Origin: Aquabacterium sp. | GTDB taxonomy: Bacteria; Pseudomonadota; Gammaproteobacteria; Burkholderiales; Burkholderiaceae_C | NCBI GenBank assembly: GCA_030654555.1 | Contig: JAURXG010000271.1 | Span: 1 to 32,193 of the forward strand | Length of the DNA stretch: 32,193 nt | Reading direction: 5' to 3' | Shown: in pieces, positions 17,343 through 26,376 of the stretch | Position numbering within the stretch: position 1 is the first letter of the stretch | Layout: each line of letters starts with the position of its first letter | Program-made: the position numbers and the translations under genes | The notes under the pieces: model-generated | Told to the model about the DNA's origin: nothing | The model's database searches: none | Seen by the model: only the letters and a program-made list of their open reading frames with translations

Positions 17343-18557
17343 TCAGCCCAGGCGCCGCAGCAGGTCTTGCAGCGCGGCGGCAAAGCCCGCCGGCTGCTCC
17401 AGCACCGACACGTGCGCGGCGTCCAGCACCGTGAGCCGGGCGTCGGCGATGCCGTCGACCACCTCCTGAGCCATCGCCACGGTGCAGCCGGGGTCGGCGC
17501 GGCCGGCCACCACCTGCACCGGGCAGGCGATCTGGCCCAGTTGCGCGCGCCAATCGGTCTGGGCGATCGCCAGACAGGCCTCGGCATAACCGCCGGGTTC
17601 AGCGCACAGGAGCTGGGCGCGCACCGCGGCGGCCAGCTCCGGCTGGCGGGCGCGGCATTCGGCGCTGAGAAAGCGCTCGACCACGGAATCCACGATCGCC
17701 GCCATGCCGCCCGTGCGCACGGCGGCTGCACGCTGCGCGAGCCCGTCGCGGCTGGCGGGCGGGTTCCAGGCCATGGTGTTGGCCAGCAACAGCCCGCGCA
17801 CGAGGTGCGGGTGGTGGATGGCCAGGCCCTGCCCCACCATGCCGCCCATCGACAGGCCCACGAACACCACCGGCCCGCGGCCCCATTCGACGATCACCCG
17901 CGCGGCATCGGCCACCAGCGCCGCGATGCCGTAGTCCGCCCGCACCGGCGCCGATCCGCCCTGGCCGCGGTGGTCGTAGCGCAGCACCGGATGCTGCGGC
18001 GCCAGCTCGGCGGCCAGTGCGTCCCACATCGACAGGTCCAGCCCCAGCGCATGGCTCATCACCACCGGCACGCCGTCGGGCGCGCCCTGCAGCGCCACGC
18101 GCAGCTGCGGCAGGCTGAAGGTGTGGTGGGTCTCGACACGCGGGCCCGGCAGCAGCGGCGCCGGGTCGAGTGCAATGCCCTCGGCCTGGCAGATGGCCGC
18201 GGTCAGCTTGAAGGCGGTGTTGGCGGCCGGCACGCCGCAGTAGATGGCGCCCTGCATCAGCGCCTCCTTGATGGCCGCCAGCGGCACGCCGCCGCGCAGT
18301 GCCGCGCGGCAATGCAGCTCGAACTCTTCCCAGCGCGCCTGCCCCATGGTCATGCCCAGCACCAGCAGGCGACGCGTCTGCGTGTCCAGCCCGGGGCGGC
18401 CCCAGATGTCGTGCCAGGCGTGGCGCGTGACCAGCGACTGGAACTCGGCGTTCAGGCTGTTGGCCTGGCCCAGCGAGCGCTCGACCCAGGCATCGCCCAG
18501 CAGGGCGCGGCGCCTGGCCGCGCCGCGGTCGAAATCATCGGGCCGCTCGACGCTCAT
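17343..18557 (-). CDS. Fusion of carboxymuconolactone decarboxylase (PcaC-like, N-terminal) and 3-oxoadipate enol-lactonase (PcaD-like, C-terminal)
   Basis: N-terminal RR..LGDAWV...FQ..VTR.AW..IW.RPGL...AIYCGVPAANTAF; C-terminal SHALG.DLSMWD, RYDHRGQG.S, GLSMGGMVGQ, DAAH.S.LEQP. Confidence 0.87.
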   Translation of the reverse strand: MSVERPDDFDRGAARRRALLGDAWVERSLGQANSLNAEFQSLVTRHAWHDIWGRPGLDTQTRRLLVLGMTMGQARWEEFELHCRAALRGGVPLAAIKEALMQGAIYCGVPAANTAFKLTAAICQAEGIALDPAPLLPGPRVETHHTFSLPQLRVALQGAPDGVPVVMSHALGLDLSMWDALAAELAPQHPVLRYDHRGQGGSAPVRADYGIAALVADAARVIVEWGRGPVVFVGLSMGGMVGQGLAIHHPHLVRGLLLANTMAWNPPASRDGLAQRAAAVRTGGMAAIVDSVVERFLSAECRARQPELAAAVRAQLLCAEPGGYAEACLAIAQTDWRAQLGQIACPVQVVAGRADPGCTVAMAQEVVDGIADARLTVLDAAHVSVLEQPAGFAAALQDLLRRLG

Positions 18558-18579
18558 CGCCGCCGCCAGGCCTCAGGTG

Positions 18580-19353
18580 TCAGGACGCGGCGGGTGCCGG
18601 ACCTGCCGGCGCGGCCGCGCCGCCGTTGCGCTCGACATGCCATTCGACCAGCCGGCCCATGTTGCCCAGCGAGATCTGGTGCGCGTGGATCAGGCCCATC
18701 AGGCCGTTGCGGTTGATCGCCAGCAGATCGGCGTCGCTCAGCTTGCCCAGCTTGTCTTCGTCGATGGTCAGGAAACCGTCGACCGTCAGCTTGCTGCCGT
18801 CGGGCAGCGTGGCGTCGAAACGCATGTCGCGCAGCAGGCCCTTCTCGACCAGCACGGCGCCCGCCAGACGGGTGCGCTCGACTTCCATCTCGAAGTTCTC
18901 GAGCTGCTTCTGCACGTTGACGGTGAACTCCGACGGTTGGCCGTCGTCGCCGAACAAGGGCTGCCCCGTGCTGCCGAAGCCGACCCAGCTCTCGTCGATG
19001 CAGACCACCATCTCGGTGGGCGCCACGCGCGCCAGCGCAAACGGGTACAGCCGCAGCACCGCCGGCACGTAGCGCACGCGCCAGCCCTTGTCGTCGGTGC
19101 ACAGGTTCTGGCCCTGGCTGAGGCCGAACACCGCGATCGGCGCCACCTGCTGCTTGCCCTCGGCGTCGGTGCCGGCGCTGACCCAGACCACCGGAAACTC
19201 CTTGCAGGCATCGGTGAACTCGGTGCCCGCCACGAAGAAGGCATTGAGCTGGTTGATGCTGGTCAGGTCGCGCGCGCTCAGGTCGAGCTTGAGCTCGCGG
19301 TGCTTCACGCGGTCCAGCGCCACGGCCTTCTTGTGCAGGTTCTCGTTGATCAT
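18580..19353 (-). CDS. SapC family protein
   Basis: EF..ACKEFPVV, P.AVFGL..GQNL, W...YVPA.LR.YPF, GF.TIDEDKL..L, IHAH.ISL.N. Confidence 0.85.
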   Translation of the reverse strand: MINENLHKKAVALDRVKHRELKLDLSARDLTSINQLNAFFVAGTEFTDACKEFPVVWVSAGTDAEGKQQVAPIAVFGLSQGQNLCTDDKGWRVRYVPAVLRLYPFALARVAPTEMVVCIDESWVGFGSTGQPLFGDDGQPSEFTVNVQKQLENFEMEVERTRLAGAVLVEKGLLRDMRFDATLPDGSKLTVDGFLTIDEDKLGKLSDADLLAINRNGLMGLIHAHQISLGNMGRLVEWHVERNGGAAAPAGPAPAAS

Positions 19354-19355
19354 GC

Positions 19356-20675
19356 TTAATGGTCCTTCGTCATCGTCTCGTCTTGGGAGGGGGCCATGGG
19401 GCTCACCAGCACCTTGTCCACGCGTTTGCCATCGAGATCGACGACCTCGAAGCGCCAGCTGTCCCATTCCACCACATCGGTGGTGTGGGGAAGCCGGCCC
19501 AGCAGGAGCATGATCATGCCGGCCAAGGTGTTGTAGCGGCCACGATCTTCCTCGGGTAATTCACGAATCTCGAGCCGATCCTTCATCTCGGGCACCGGGA
19601 TCATGCCGTCCATCAGCCAGCTGCCGTCGGGACGGCGCACCGCCCAGGCGTCCTCGGCGCTGGGCGTGCTGAACTCGCCGGTGATGGCCTCCAGCACGTC
19701 GCGCACGGTGATCACGCCCTGCACCGCACCGTACTCGTCGACCACGAACACCAGCTCGGCGCTGGTGGCACGGAACTGGTCCAGCAGCTCCATGCCCGAC
19801 AGCGTCTCGGGCACGAACACCGGCGCCTGCATCAGCGCACCCAGGTCGGGCTTCTCGCCGCGCGACAGCGGCACCAGCAGGTCCTGCGCCTGGATCACGC
19901 CCACCACGTCGTCCAGGCCGTCGCGGCACACCGGGTAGCGCGAATGGCCGTTCTCGGTCATCTGCGACAGCAGCTGCTCCAGCGGTGCATGCTGGTCCAG
20001 CCAGGTGATCTCGGTGCGCGGGATCATCATCGAGCCGATCTGCCGGTCGTCCAGCCGGAACACGTTGCGCACCATCTGGTGCTCCTGCGCCTCGATCACG
20101 CCGGCGTCCAGGCCCTCCTCCAGGCTGGCGGCGATCTCCTCCTCGGTCACGCTGCGCGAAGGCGCGTTGCGGATGCCCAGCAGCCGCAGCGTGGCCTCGG
20201 TGCAGGCCGACAGCAGCCAGACGAACGGCCGCGTGGCGGTCGACAGCAGGTTCATCGGCCGCGCCACCAGCACCGCCACCCGCTCGGGGTACATCTGCCC
20301 CAGCCGCTTGGGCACCAGCTCGCCGAAGATGATGGTCAGGAAGGTGATGCTCAGCACCACCAGCGCCGTGGCCGTGATGCTGGCCGCGCCCACGGTCATC
20401 AGCGGCAGCACGCTATTCAGCCAGACGGCCAGCGGTTGCGAGAACGCCGCCTCGCCGACGATGCCGTTGAGCACGCCGATCGAGGTGATGCCGATCTGCA
20501 CCGTGGACAGGAACTTGGTCGGATCCTCGTGCAGCACCTGTGCGGCCTCGGCGCCGGGCTCGCCCGCCTCCACCATCACCGCCAACCGCGCCTTGCGCGA
20601 GGCCGTGAGCGCCATCTCGGACATGGCGAACAAGGCGTTCAACAGGATCAGGAAAACCAGCAGCGCTACGTCCAT
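19356..20675 (-). CDS. Hemolysin family / HlyC-CorC CBS-domain membrane protein (CNNM-like); alternative GTG start at 20711
   Basis: LNALFAMSEMAL, FLSTVQIGIT, GELVPK, two CBS domains (HSRYPV, VVDEYG) and a CorC_HlyC tail (DLDGKRVDKVLV). Confidence 0.92.
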   Translation of the reverse strand: MDVALLVFLILLNALFAMSEMALTASRKARLAVMVEAGEPGAEAAQVLHEDPTKFLSTVQIGITSIGVLNGIVGEAAFSQPLAVWLNSVLPLMTVGAASITATALVVLSITFLTIIFGELVPKRLGQMYPERVAVLVARPMNLLSTATRPFVWLLSACTEATLRLLGIRNAPSRSVTEEEIAASLEEGLDAGVIEAQEHQMVRNVFRLDDRQIGSMMIPRTEITWLDQHAPLEQLLSQMTENGHSRYPVCRDGLDDVVGVIQAQDLLVPLSRGEKPDLGALMQAPVFVPETLSGMELLDQFRATSAELVFVVDEYGAVQGVITVRDVLEAITGEFSTPSAEDAWAVRRPDGSWLMDGMIPVPEMKDRLEIRELPEEDRGRYNTLAGMIMLLLGRLPHTTDVVEWDSWRFEVVDLDGKRVDKVLVSPMAPSQDETMTKDH

Positions 20676-20737
20676 GCGGCGGCACCGAGCGGGTGCCCCA
20701 GGGTTCAACACGGCGGCGAGCGTAGCAGAATCACCCC

Positions 20738-21559
20738 ATGCACTACCTCATCGGCGACGTCCAGGGCTGCTGCGACGCCCTGGATCGGCTGTTGGCCGAG
20801 ATCGGCTTTTCCCCCTCGCGCGACCGCCTGCATGTGCTGGGCGACCTGGTCAACCGCGGCCCGCACTCGCTGCGCACGCTGCAGCGCCTGCGGGCGCTGG
20901 GCGATGCCGCCACCTGCCTGCTGGGCAACCACGACCTGCACCTGCTGGCGGTGGCCACCGGCGGCCAGCGGCCGCACCGCAGTGACACCCTCGACGACAT
21001 CCTGGACAGCCCCGATCGTGTTGCGCTGCTGGAATGGCTGCGCCACGGCAAGCTGGCCGACACCGCCCACGGCTGGCTGCTGGTGCATGCCGGCGTGGTG
21101 CCGCAATGGACCGCCGAGCAGACGCTGGCGCTGGCCGCCGAGGTGCAGGCGGTGCTCACCGGCGCCGGCCTGGCCGACTTCATGCGCGTGATGTACGGCA
21201 ACCGGCCGGCGCGCTGGGACGATGCGCTCACCGGCCATGACCGCTGGCGCATGGTGCTCAACGTGCTGACCCGCATCCGCTACTGCACGCCCGACGGCAC
21301 CCTCGAGTTCGACACCAAGGACGGCAGCGGCGTGGCGCCACCCGGTCATCAGGCCTGGTTCGACACGCCGGGCCGGCTGACCAAGGGCGTGCCGATCGCC
21401 TTCGGTCACTGGTCGACGCTGGGGCTGCGCAACCGCCCCGACCTGCTGGCGCTGGACACCGGCTGCGTGTGGGGCGGCTCGCTCACCGCGGTGCGCATCG
21501 ATGGCGGCCGGCGTGAGGTGACGCAGGTGCACTGCCCCGAAGGCCGCGCGCCTTTCTGA
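20738..21559 (+). CDS. apaH: Symmetrical bis(5'-nucleosyl)-tetraphosphatase
   Basis: IGDVQGC, GDLVNRGP, LGNHDLHLL, VHAG, FGHWSTLG, LDTGCVWGG. Confidence 0.95.
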   Translation: MHYLIGDVQGCCDALDRLLAEIGFSPSRDRLHVLGDLVNRGPHSLRTLQRLRALGDAATCLLGNHDLHLLAVATGGQRPHRSDTLDDILDSPDRVALLEWLRHGKLADTAHGWLLVHAGVVPQWTAEQTLALAAEVQAVLTGAGLADFMRVMYGNRPARWDDALTGHDRWRMVLNVLTRIRYCTPDGTLEFDTKDGSGVAPPGHQAWFDTPGRLTKGVPIAFGHWSTLGLRNRPDLLALDTGCVWGGSLTAVRIDGGRREVTQVHCPEGRAPF

Positions 21560-21585
21560 CCCGCCCTCAGCGCGCCCGCCCGCGC

Positions 21586-22785
21586 TCAATCCGGCCGCGG
21601 GCCGTCGATGCGCAGGTTCGCCAGCAACGGCGTGGCCACCGGAATGCTCAGCATCGTGCTCGCCACCGCCATCAACAGCAGGGCGGTGAACGCGTCGGCG
21701 GTGATCACCTGCTTGTCGAGCAGGATGTTGGCGAAGATGATCATGATCAGGGCCTTGGTCTGCAGCAGCCAGCCGATCAGCGACGCCTCGCCGCGCTGCC
21801 AGCCCAGCAGCCGCCCGGCCAGCCGCACGCCGAGCAGCTTGCCGGCGACCGACGCCACCAGCAGCAGCCCCGCCGCCGCGAACACCGCCACACCCCCCAG
21901 GTTCCAGTCGGTGCGCAGGCCGGTGGACAGGAAGAACACCGGCATCACCACCAGCAGCACATGGTGGCGCAGCTGGTCCATCTGCCGCTGGTCGAACCAG
22001 TGCGCGTCGATCACCGCGCCCGCCAGGAAGGCGCCCACCATGTAGTGCAGACCCGACCAGTCGGCGCCGAAGCCGCACAGCGCCAGCCAGATCAGCGCGA
22101 TGTACCAGCGGTCGGCCTCGGGCACCCGTTGCATCAAACGGCGCAGCGCCAGGCTGGCCAGCGAAAAGGCCAGCAGGAACGCCAATTGCCGGCCCACGCG
22201 GCCCCAGTCCATCAGGATCAGCGCCAGCACGCCCCAGATCAACAGGTCGTCCAGGCTGGCGTAGCGCAGGATGCGCTGGCCCAGCGGCTTGCGCAGCAGG
22301 TCCAGCTTCTCCAGGAACAGGATCAGGATCGGCAGCGCCGTCACCGCACAGGCCATGCCGATGCCCAGCACGAACTGCCAGCGCACGCCCTGCGCGCCCA
22401 TCCAGCCATCCCACAGCAGCAGCAGCCACGCCGCCAGCGCACCCGCCAGCAGCGGCAGGCCCAGCGCCAGGCCCGCCGTGATGCCCGCCTCGCGCCGGTG
22501 TTGCCAGGCCTGACGCAGGTCCAGCTCGATCCCGGCGATGAAGACGAACAGCATCACCGCCCACCACGCCACGCCGTTGAGCGACTGGATCACCGCCGGG
22601 TTGAACACGAAGCCGTAGGCCTGCGGAAAGGCCGCCCCCAGCAGCCCCGGCCCCAGCGCGATGCCGGTGAGGATCTGCACCACCACCAGCGGCGCAAAGT
22701 ACTCGGTGCGCGCCAGCCGCCACACCAAGTAGGGCACGCTGAAGATGATCGCCATGGCGATCAGGTAGACCTCGGTGGTGTTCAT
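21586..22785 (-). CDS. Cation:proton antiporter (CPA2 family)
   Basis: GIALGPGLLG, F.AGIELD, VTALPIL, ASLDD, GAFLAG, PVFFLSTGL; about 12 TM helices. Confidence 0.88.
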   Translation of the reverse strand: MNTTEVYLIAMAIIFSVPYLVWRLARTEYFAPLVVVQILTGIALGPGLLGAAFPQAYGFVFNPAVIQSLNGVAWWAVMLFVFIAGIELDLRQAWQHRREAGITAGLALGLPLLAGALAAWLLLLWDGWMGAQGVRWQFVLGIGMACAVTALPILILFLEKLDLLRKPLGQRILRYASLDDLLIWGVLALILMDWGRVGRQLAFLLAFSLASLALRRLMQRVPEADRWYIALIWLALCGFGADWSGLHYMVGAFLAGAVIDAHWFDQRQMDQLRHHVLLVVMPVFFLSTGLRTDWNLGGVAVFAAAGLLLVASVAGKLLGVRLAGRLLGWQRGEASLIGWLLQTKALIMIIFANILLDKQVITADAFTALLLMAVASTMLSIPVATPLLANLRIDGPRPD

Positions 22786-22856
22786 GGGCGGCGCGCAGTG
22801 TGCCACGCGATCGGCCGCGCTCCGGCAACGCGCCACGCCCTAGAATGCGGCTCGTT

Positions 22857-22946
22857 GGAAGCGTGGCCGAGCGGTTTAAGGCAGCAGTCTTGAAAACTGC
22901 CGACGGTGGAAGCCGTCCGTGAGTTCGAATCTCACCGCTTCCGCCA
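22857..22946 (+). tRNA. tRNA-Ser (anticodon TGA)
   Basis: GGAAGCG/CGCTTCC acceptor stem, GCAGT-CTTGAAA-ACTGC anticodon arm, long variable arm, GTTCGAATC T-loop, encoded GCCA end; TAGAAT at 22841-22846. Confidence 0.97.
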
Positions 22947-22949
22947 ACG

Positions 22950-24224
22950 ATGACCCTGCACGCCCTTCCCTCCCTCGACTTGCTGGGCCACGGCGCCTTG
23001 CAGTGGGGCATCGTGGCGGTGTTCGGCGTGGTCTACCTGGGCATGTTCCTGGGCGGGCTGCCCCGGCTCAAGCTCGACCGATCGGGCGTGGCGCTGCTGG
23101 GCGCCATCGCGGTGATCGCCCTCACCGGCCAGTCGGTCGAGGAGTCCGCGCAGGCGGTCGACCTGCCCACCCTCGTGCTGCTGTTCGCCTTCATGGTGGT
23201 GTCGGCGCAATTGCGCATGAGCGGCTTCTATGCCGCGGTCGCGCAGCGCGTGGGCGCCATGCCGCTGTCGCGCAGTGGCCTGATGGCCGCCTTGATCGGC
23301 GTGGCGGGCACGCTGTCGGCGATCTTCTCCAACGACATCATCTGCCTGGCCATGACGCCGGTGGTGGCGCGCTTGTGCCTGCAGCGCGGACTGCCGCCGG
23401 TGCCCTTCCTGATCGGCCTGGCCTGCGCGGCCAACATCGGCTCGGCGGCCACGCTGATCGGCAATCCGCAGAACATGCTGATCGGCTCGCTGCTGCAGCT
23501 CTCGTTTGCCGGCTACCTGCGCGAAGCGCTGCCGCCGGTGGCGCTCAGCCTGCTGCTGCTGTGGGTTTGGCTGGCCTACGGGCCCGGCGCCAAGGCAGCC
23601 CCCGCGGCAGCACCCGCGATGCCGGCCCGGCCCGACGGCGATGCGCCGTTCGACGCCTTCCAGACCACCAAGGGGCTGAGCGTGGCCGGAATCCTGCTGC
23701 TGGTCTTCCTGTTCACCGACTGGCCGCGTGACGTGGCCGCGCTGGTGGGCGCAGGCCTGCTGCTGCTGAGCCGGCGGCTGCACTCCGCCGACGTGATGGG
23801 GTTCGTGGACTGGCCGCTGCTGCTGCTGTTCATCGGCCTGTTCGTCGTCAACGACGCCTTCGAGCGCACCGGCCTGGCGGCCGAATCGGTGGCCTGGCTG
23901 GCCGGCCGCGGCATCCAGCTGGCCGATCATGGGCCGCTGGTGGTGGTCGGCGTGCTGCTGTCCAACCTGGTCAGCAACGTGCCGGCGGTGATGATGCTGC
24001 TGCCGCACCTGCAGGGCCCGCAGGGCGCGACGGCGGGCGTCACGCTGGCCCTGGTCAGCACCTTCGCCGGCAACCTGCTGCTGGTGGGCTCGATCGCCAA
24101 CCTGATCGTGGCCGACCTGGCCCGCCAGGCCGGCATCCGGATCAACTGGCAGCAGCATGCGGCCACCGGCCTGCCGGTGACGGTGGCCACCGTGGCGCTG
24201 GTCTGGCTCTGGCGGGCGGCCTGA
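22950..24224 (+). CDS. ArsB/NhaD/SLC13-type anion permease (YbiR-like); start uncertain
   Basis: LDRSGVALLGA, SAIFSND, ANIGSAATLIGNPQN, VDWPLLLLFIGLF, SNLVSNVPA, GSIANLIV. Confidence 0.88.
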   Translation: MTLHALPSLDLLGHGALQWGIVAVFGVVYLGMFLGGLPRLKLDRSGVALLGAIAVIALTGQSVEESAQAVDLPTLVLLFAFMVVSAQLRMSGFYAAVAQRVGAMPLSRSGLMAALIGVAGTLSAIFSNDIICLAMTPVVARLCLQRGLPPVPFLIGLACAANIGSAATLIGNPQNMLIGSLLQLSFAGYLREALPPVALSLLLLWVWLAYGPGAKAAPAAAPAMPARPDGDAPFDAFQTTKGLSVAGILLLVFLFTDWPRDVAALVGAGLLLLSRRLHSADVMGFVDWPLLLLFIGLFVVNDAFERTGLAAESVAWLAGRGIQLADHGPLVVVGVLLSNLVSNVPAVMMLLPHLQGPQGATAGVTLALVSTFAGNLLLVGSIANLIVADLARQAGIRINWQQHAATGLPVTVATVALVWLWRAA

Positions 24225-24354
24225 GCACGCCGGATTGTCCCGCGCGCGACTTCTTCACCGGACAAACACCGGGAAGCGCGATGGGCCCAGGGGCGCAGAA
24301 TTCATCAGTCGCTGCCCGGGTATTGCCGGGCCTGTCCTTGCTTCGGAGCCCCCC

Positions 24355-25440
24355 ATGAAAGCAGCTGTCCTGCATGCCCCCCGTACACCGATGACGATCG
24401 AGAACATCGCCATCGACAAGCCCAAGCGCCGCGAGGTGCTGGTGCGCACCGCCGCCGCCGGCCTGTGCCACAGCGACCTGCACTTCATCGAAGGGTCCTA
24501 CCCCACCCCGGTGCCGGTGGTGCTGGGCCATGAGGCAGCCGGCATCGTCGAGGCGGTGGGCGAGGACGTCACCTACCTCAAGCCCGGCGACCACGTCATC
24601 AGCTGCCTGTCGATGTTCTGCGGCCACTGCGAGTTCTGCCTGTCGGGCCACCTGTCGCTGTGCGGCGACCCCGAGGTCAAGCCCGCGCCCGGCAAGGCCA
24701 AGCGCCTGCACTGGAAGGGCGAGCACATGAACCAGTTCCTCAACCTGTCGGCCTTCGCCGAGCAGATGGTGGTGCACGAGCATGCGCTGGTGAAGGTGCG
24801 CGAGGACATGCCGCTCGACCTGGCCGCCCTGATCGGCTGCGCGGTGATCACCGGCTACGGCGCCGTGTCGCACACCGCGCGCATCGAGCCCGGCAGCACC
24901 GTGGCCGTGTTCGGCGCCGGCGGCATCGGGCTGTCGACCATCAACGCCGCGGCCATCGCCGGGGCCGGCCGCATCATCGCCATCGACCTCGACCCCTTCA
25001 AGCTCGAACTGGCCAAGGCCTTCGGCGCCACCGACGTGATCGACGCCAGCGCCGGCGACACCGTCAAGCGCATCAACGAGCTCACCAGCGGCGGCGTGCA
25101 CTACGCGTTCGAATGCATCGGCCTGAAGTCCACCGCCGAGCAGAGCTTCTCGTGCCTGCGCCCGGGCGGCACGTCCACACTGATCGGCATGATCCCGGTG
25201 GGCACCAAGATCGAGTTGCACGGCGTCGACTTCCTGCGCGAGCGGCGCATCCAGGGCTCGATGATGGGCAGCAACCGCTTCCGCACCGACATGCCGCGCC
25301 TGATCGACTTCTACATGCAGGGCAAGCTGCACCTCAAGGAGATGGTCTCGGGGCGCATCAAGCTCGAGGACATCAACGAAGGCTTCGCCGCGATGAAGAC
25401 CGGCGGCATCGCGCGCAACGTGATCGTCTTCGACCACTGA
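24355..25440 (+). CDS. Zn-dependent alcohol dehydrogenase (MDR, class III-like)
   Basis: GLCHSDLH, LGHEAAG, structural Zn CGHCEFC...C, GCAV.TG, GAGGIG; GGAG SD. Confidence 0.93.
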   Translation: MKAAVLHAPRTPMTIENIAIDKPKRREVLVRTAAAGLCHSDLHFIEGSYPTPVPVVLGHEAAGIVEAVGEDVTYLKPGDHVISCLSMFCGHCEFCLSGHLSLCGDPEVKPAPGKAKRLHWKGEHMNQFLNLSAFAEQMVVHEHALVKVREDMPLDLAALIGCAVITGYGAVSHTARIEPGSTVAVFGAGGIGLSTINAAAIAGAGRIIAIDLDPFKLELAKAFGATDVIDASAGDTVKRINELTSGGVHYAFECIGLKSTAEQSFSCLRPGGTSTLIGMIPVGTKIELHGVDFLRERRIQGSMMGSNRFRTDMPRLIDFYMQGKLHLKEMVSGRIKLEDINEGFAAMKTGGIARNVIVFDH

Positions 25441-25447
25441 GCCGCCG

Positions 25448-26323
25448 ATGGCCCAACGACTGGAAGGCAAGGTCGCGGTCATCACCGGCGCGGCCTCGGG
25501 CATCGGCCTGGCCACATTGGAGTTGTTCGTCGCCGAGGGCGCGCGGGTGCTGGCCGCCGACGTGCAGGCCGAGGCCGGCCAGGCGCTGGCCGCGCGCTTT
25601 CCCGGCGTGGTGAGCTTTGCGCTGTGCGACGTCACCCAGCCGCCGCAGATCAAGGCGGCGATCGAGCAGGCCGTGGCCCAGTTCGGTGGGCTCGACATCC
25701 TGTTCTCCAACGCCGGTGCCGGCGGCGCGCTGGCCGGGGTGGAGAACTTCGACGCCGACGGCTGGGACCGCACCCACGCCCTGCTGCTGCGCTCGGTGGC
25801 GGCCGGCGCGTCGTATGCGGTGCCGCACCTGCGCCAGCGCGGCGGCGGCTCGATCATCAACACCTCGTCGGTGTCCGCGCTGCAGGCGGGTTATGCGCCG
25901 CTGGCCTATTCGGTGGCCAAGGCCGGCGTGCTGCACTACACCCGGCTGGCGGCGGCGGAGCTGTCGGCCCACCGCATCCGCATCAACGCCATCGTGCCGG
26001 GCTTCATCGCCACCTCCATCTTCGGCGGCATCATGAACCTGAACCCGGCGCAGGCCGCGCAGCTGGCCGGGCAGATCGCCGAGCGCAGCGGCAGCGCCAA
26101 CCCGATCGGCCGCTCCGGCATGCCGCGCGACATCGCCGAGGCGGCGCTGTTCCTGGCCTCCGATGCCGCCGGCTTCATCACCGGCACCCACCTCACGGTG
26201 GACGGCGGCCTGACGATCGGCCCACGCCACTCGTGGGACCCGAACGCCGCCGGCCCGATGACCGATGCGCTGGGGCTCAGCCCCGCCGAGCTGCGTGCCC
26301 TGCGCGCCGCGCGCGGCGGTTGA
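25448..26323 (+). CDS. Short-chain dehydrogenase/reductase
   Basis: TGAASGIG, SNAG, S...YSVAK catalytic motif, RINAIVPG, VDGG. Confidence 0.93.
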   Translation: MAQRLEGKVAVITGAASGIGLATLELFVAEGARVLAADVQAEAGQALAARFPGVVSFALCDVTQPPQIKAAIEQAVAQFGGLDILFSNAGAGGALAGVENFDADGWDRTHALLLRSVAAGASYAVPHLRQRGGGSIINTSSVSALQAGYAPLAYSVAKAGVLHYTRLAAAELSAHRIRINAIVPGFIATSIFGGIMNLNPAQAAQLAGQIAERSGSANPIGRSGMPRDIAEAALFLASDAAGFITGTHLTVDGGLTIGPRHSWDPNAAGPMTDALGLSPAELRALRAARGG

Positions 26324-26376
26324 CCCTCCCGGCACGACCCGAACCGCCCTCCTCCACCCTCACCTCAAGACACGCC

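Noticed and set aside
22857-22946. Selenocysteine or suppressor tRNA, because of the TGA triplet
   Set aside because: TGA is the anticodon as read 5'->3' and decodes UCA (Ser); tRNA-Sec has anticodon TCA and an 8-bp acceptor stem.
24355-25440. Glutathione-dependent formaldehyde dehydrogenase (frmA) detoxifying VanAB formaldehyde
   Set aside because: It has CHSD rather than the CHTD...SG.D.EG.FP and PLY.PEC motifs typical of FrmA, there is no adjacent S-formylglutathione hydrolase, and its context is the P450 operon.
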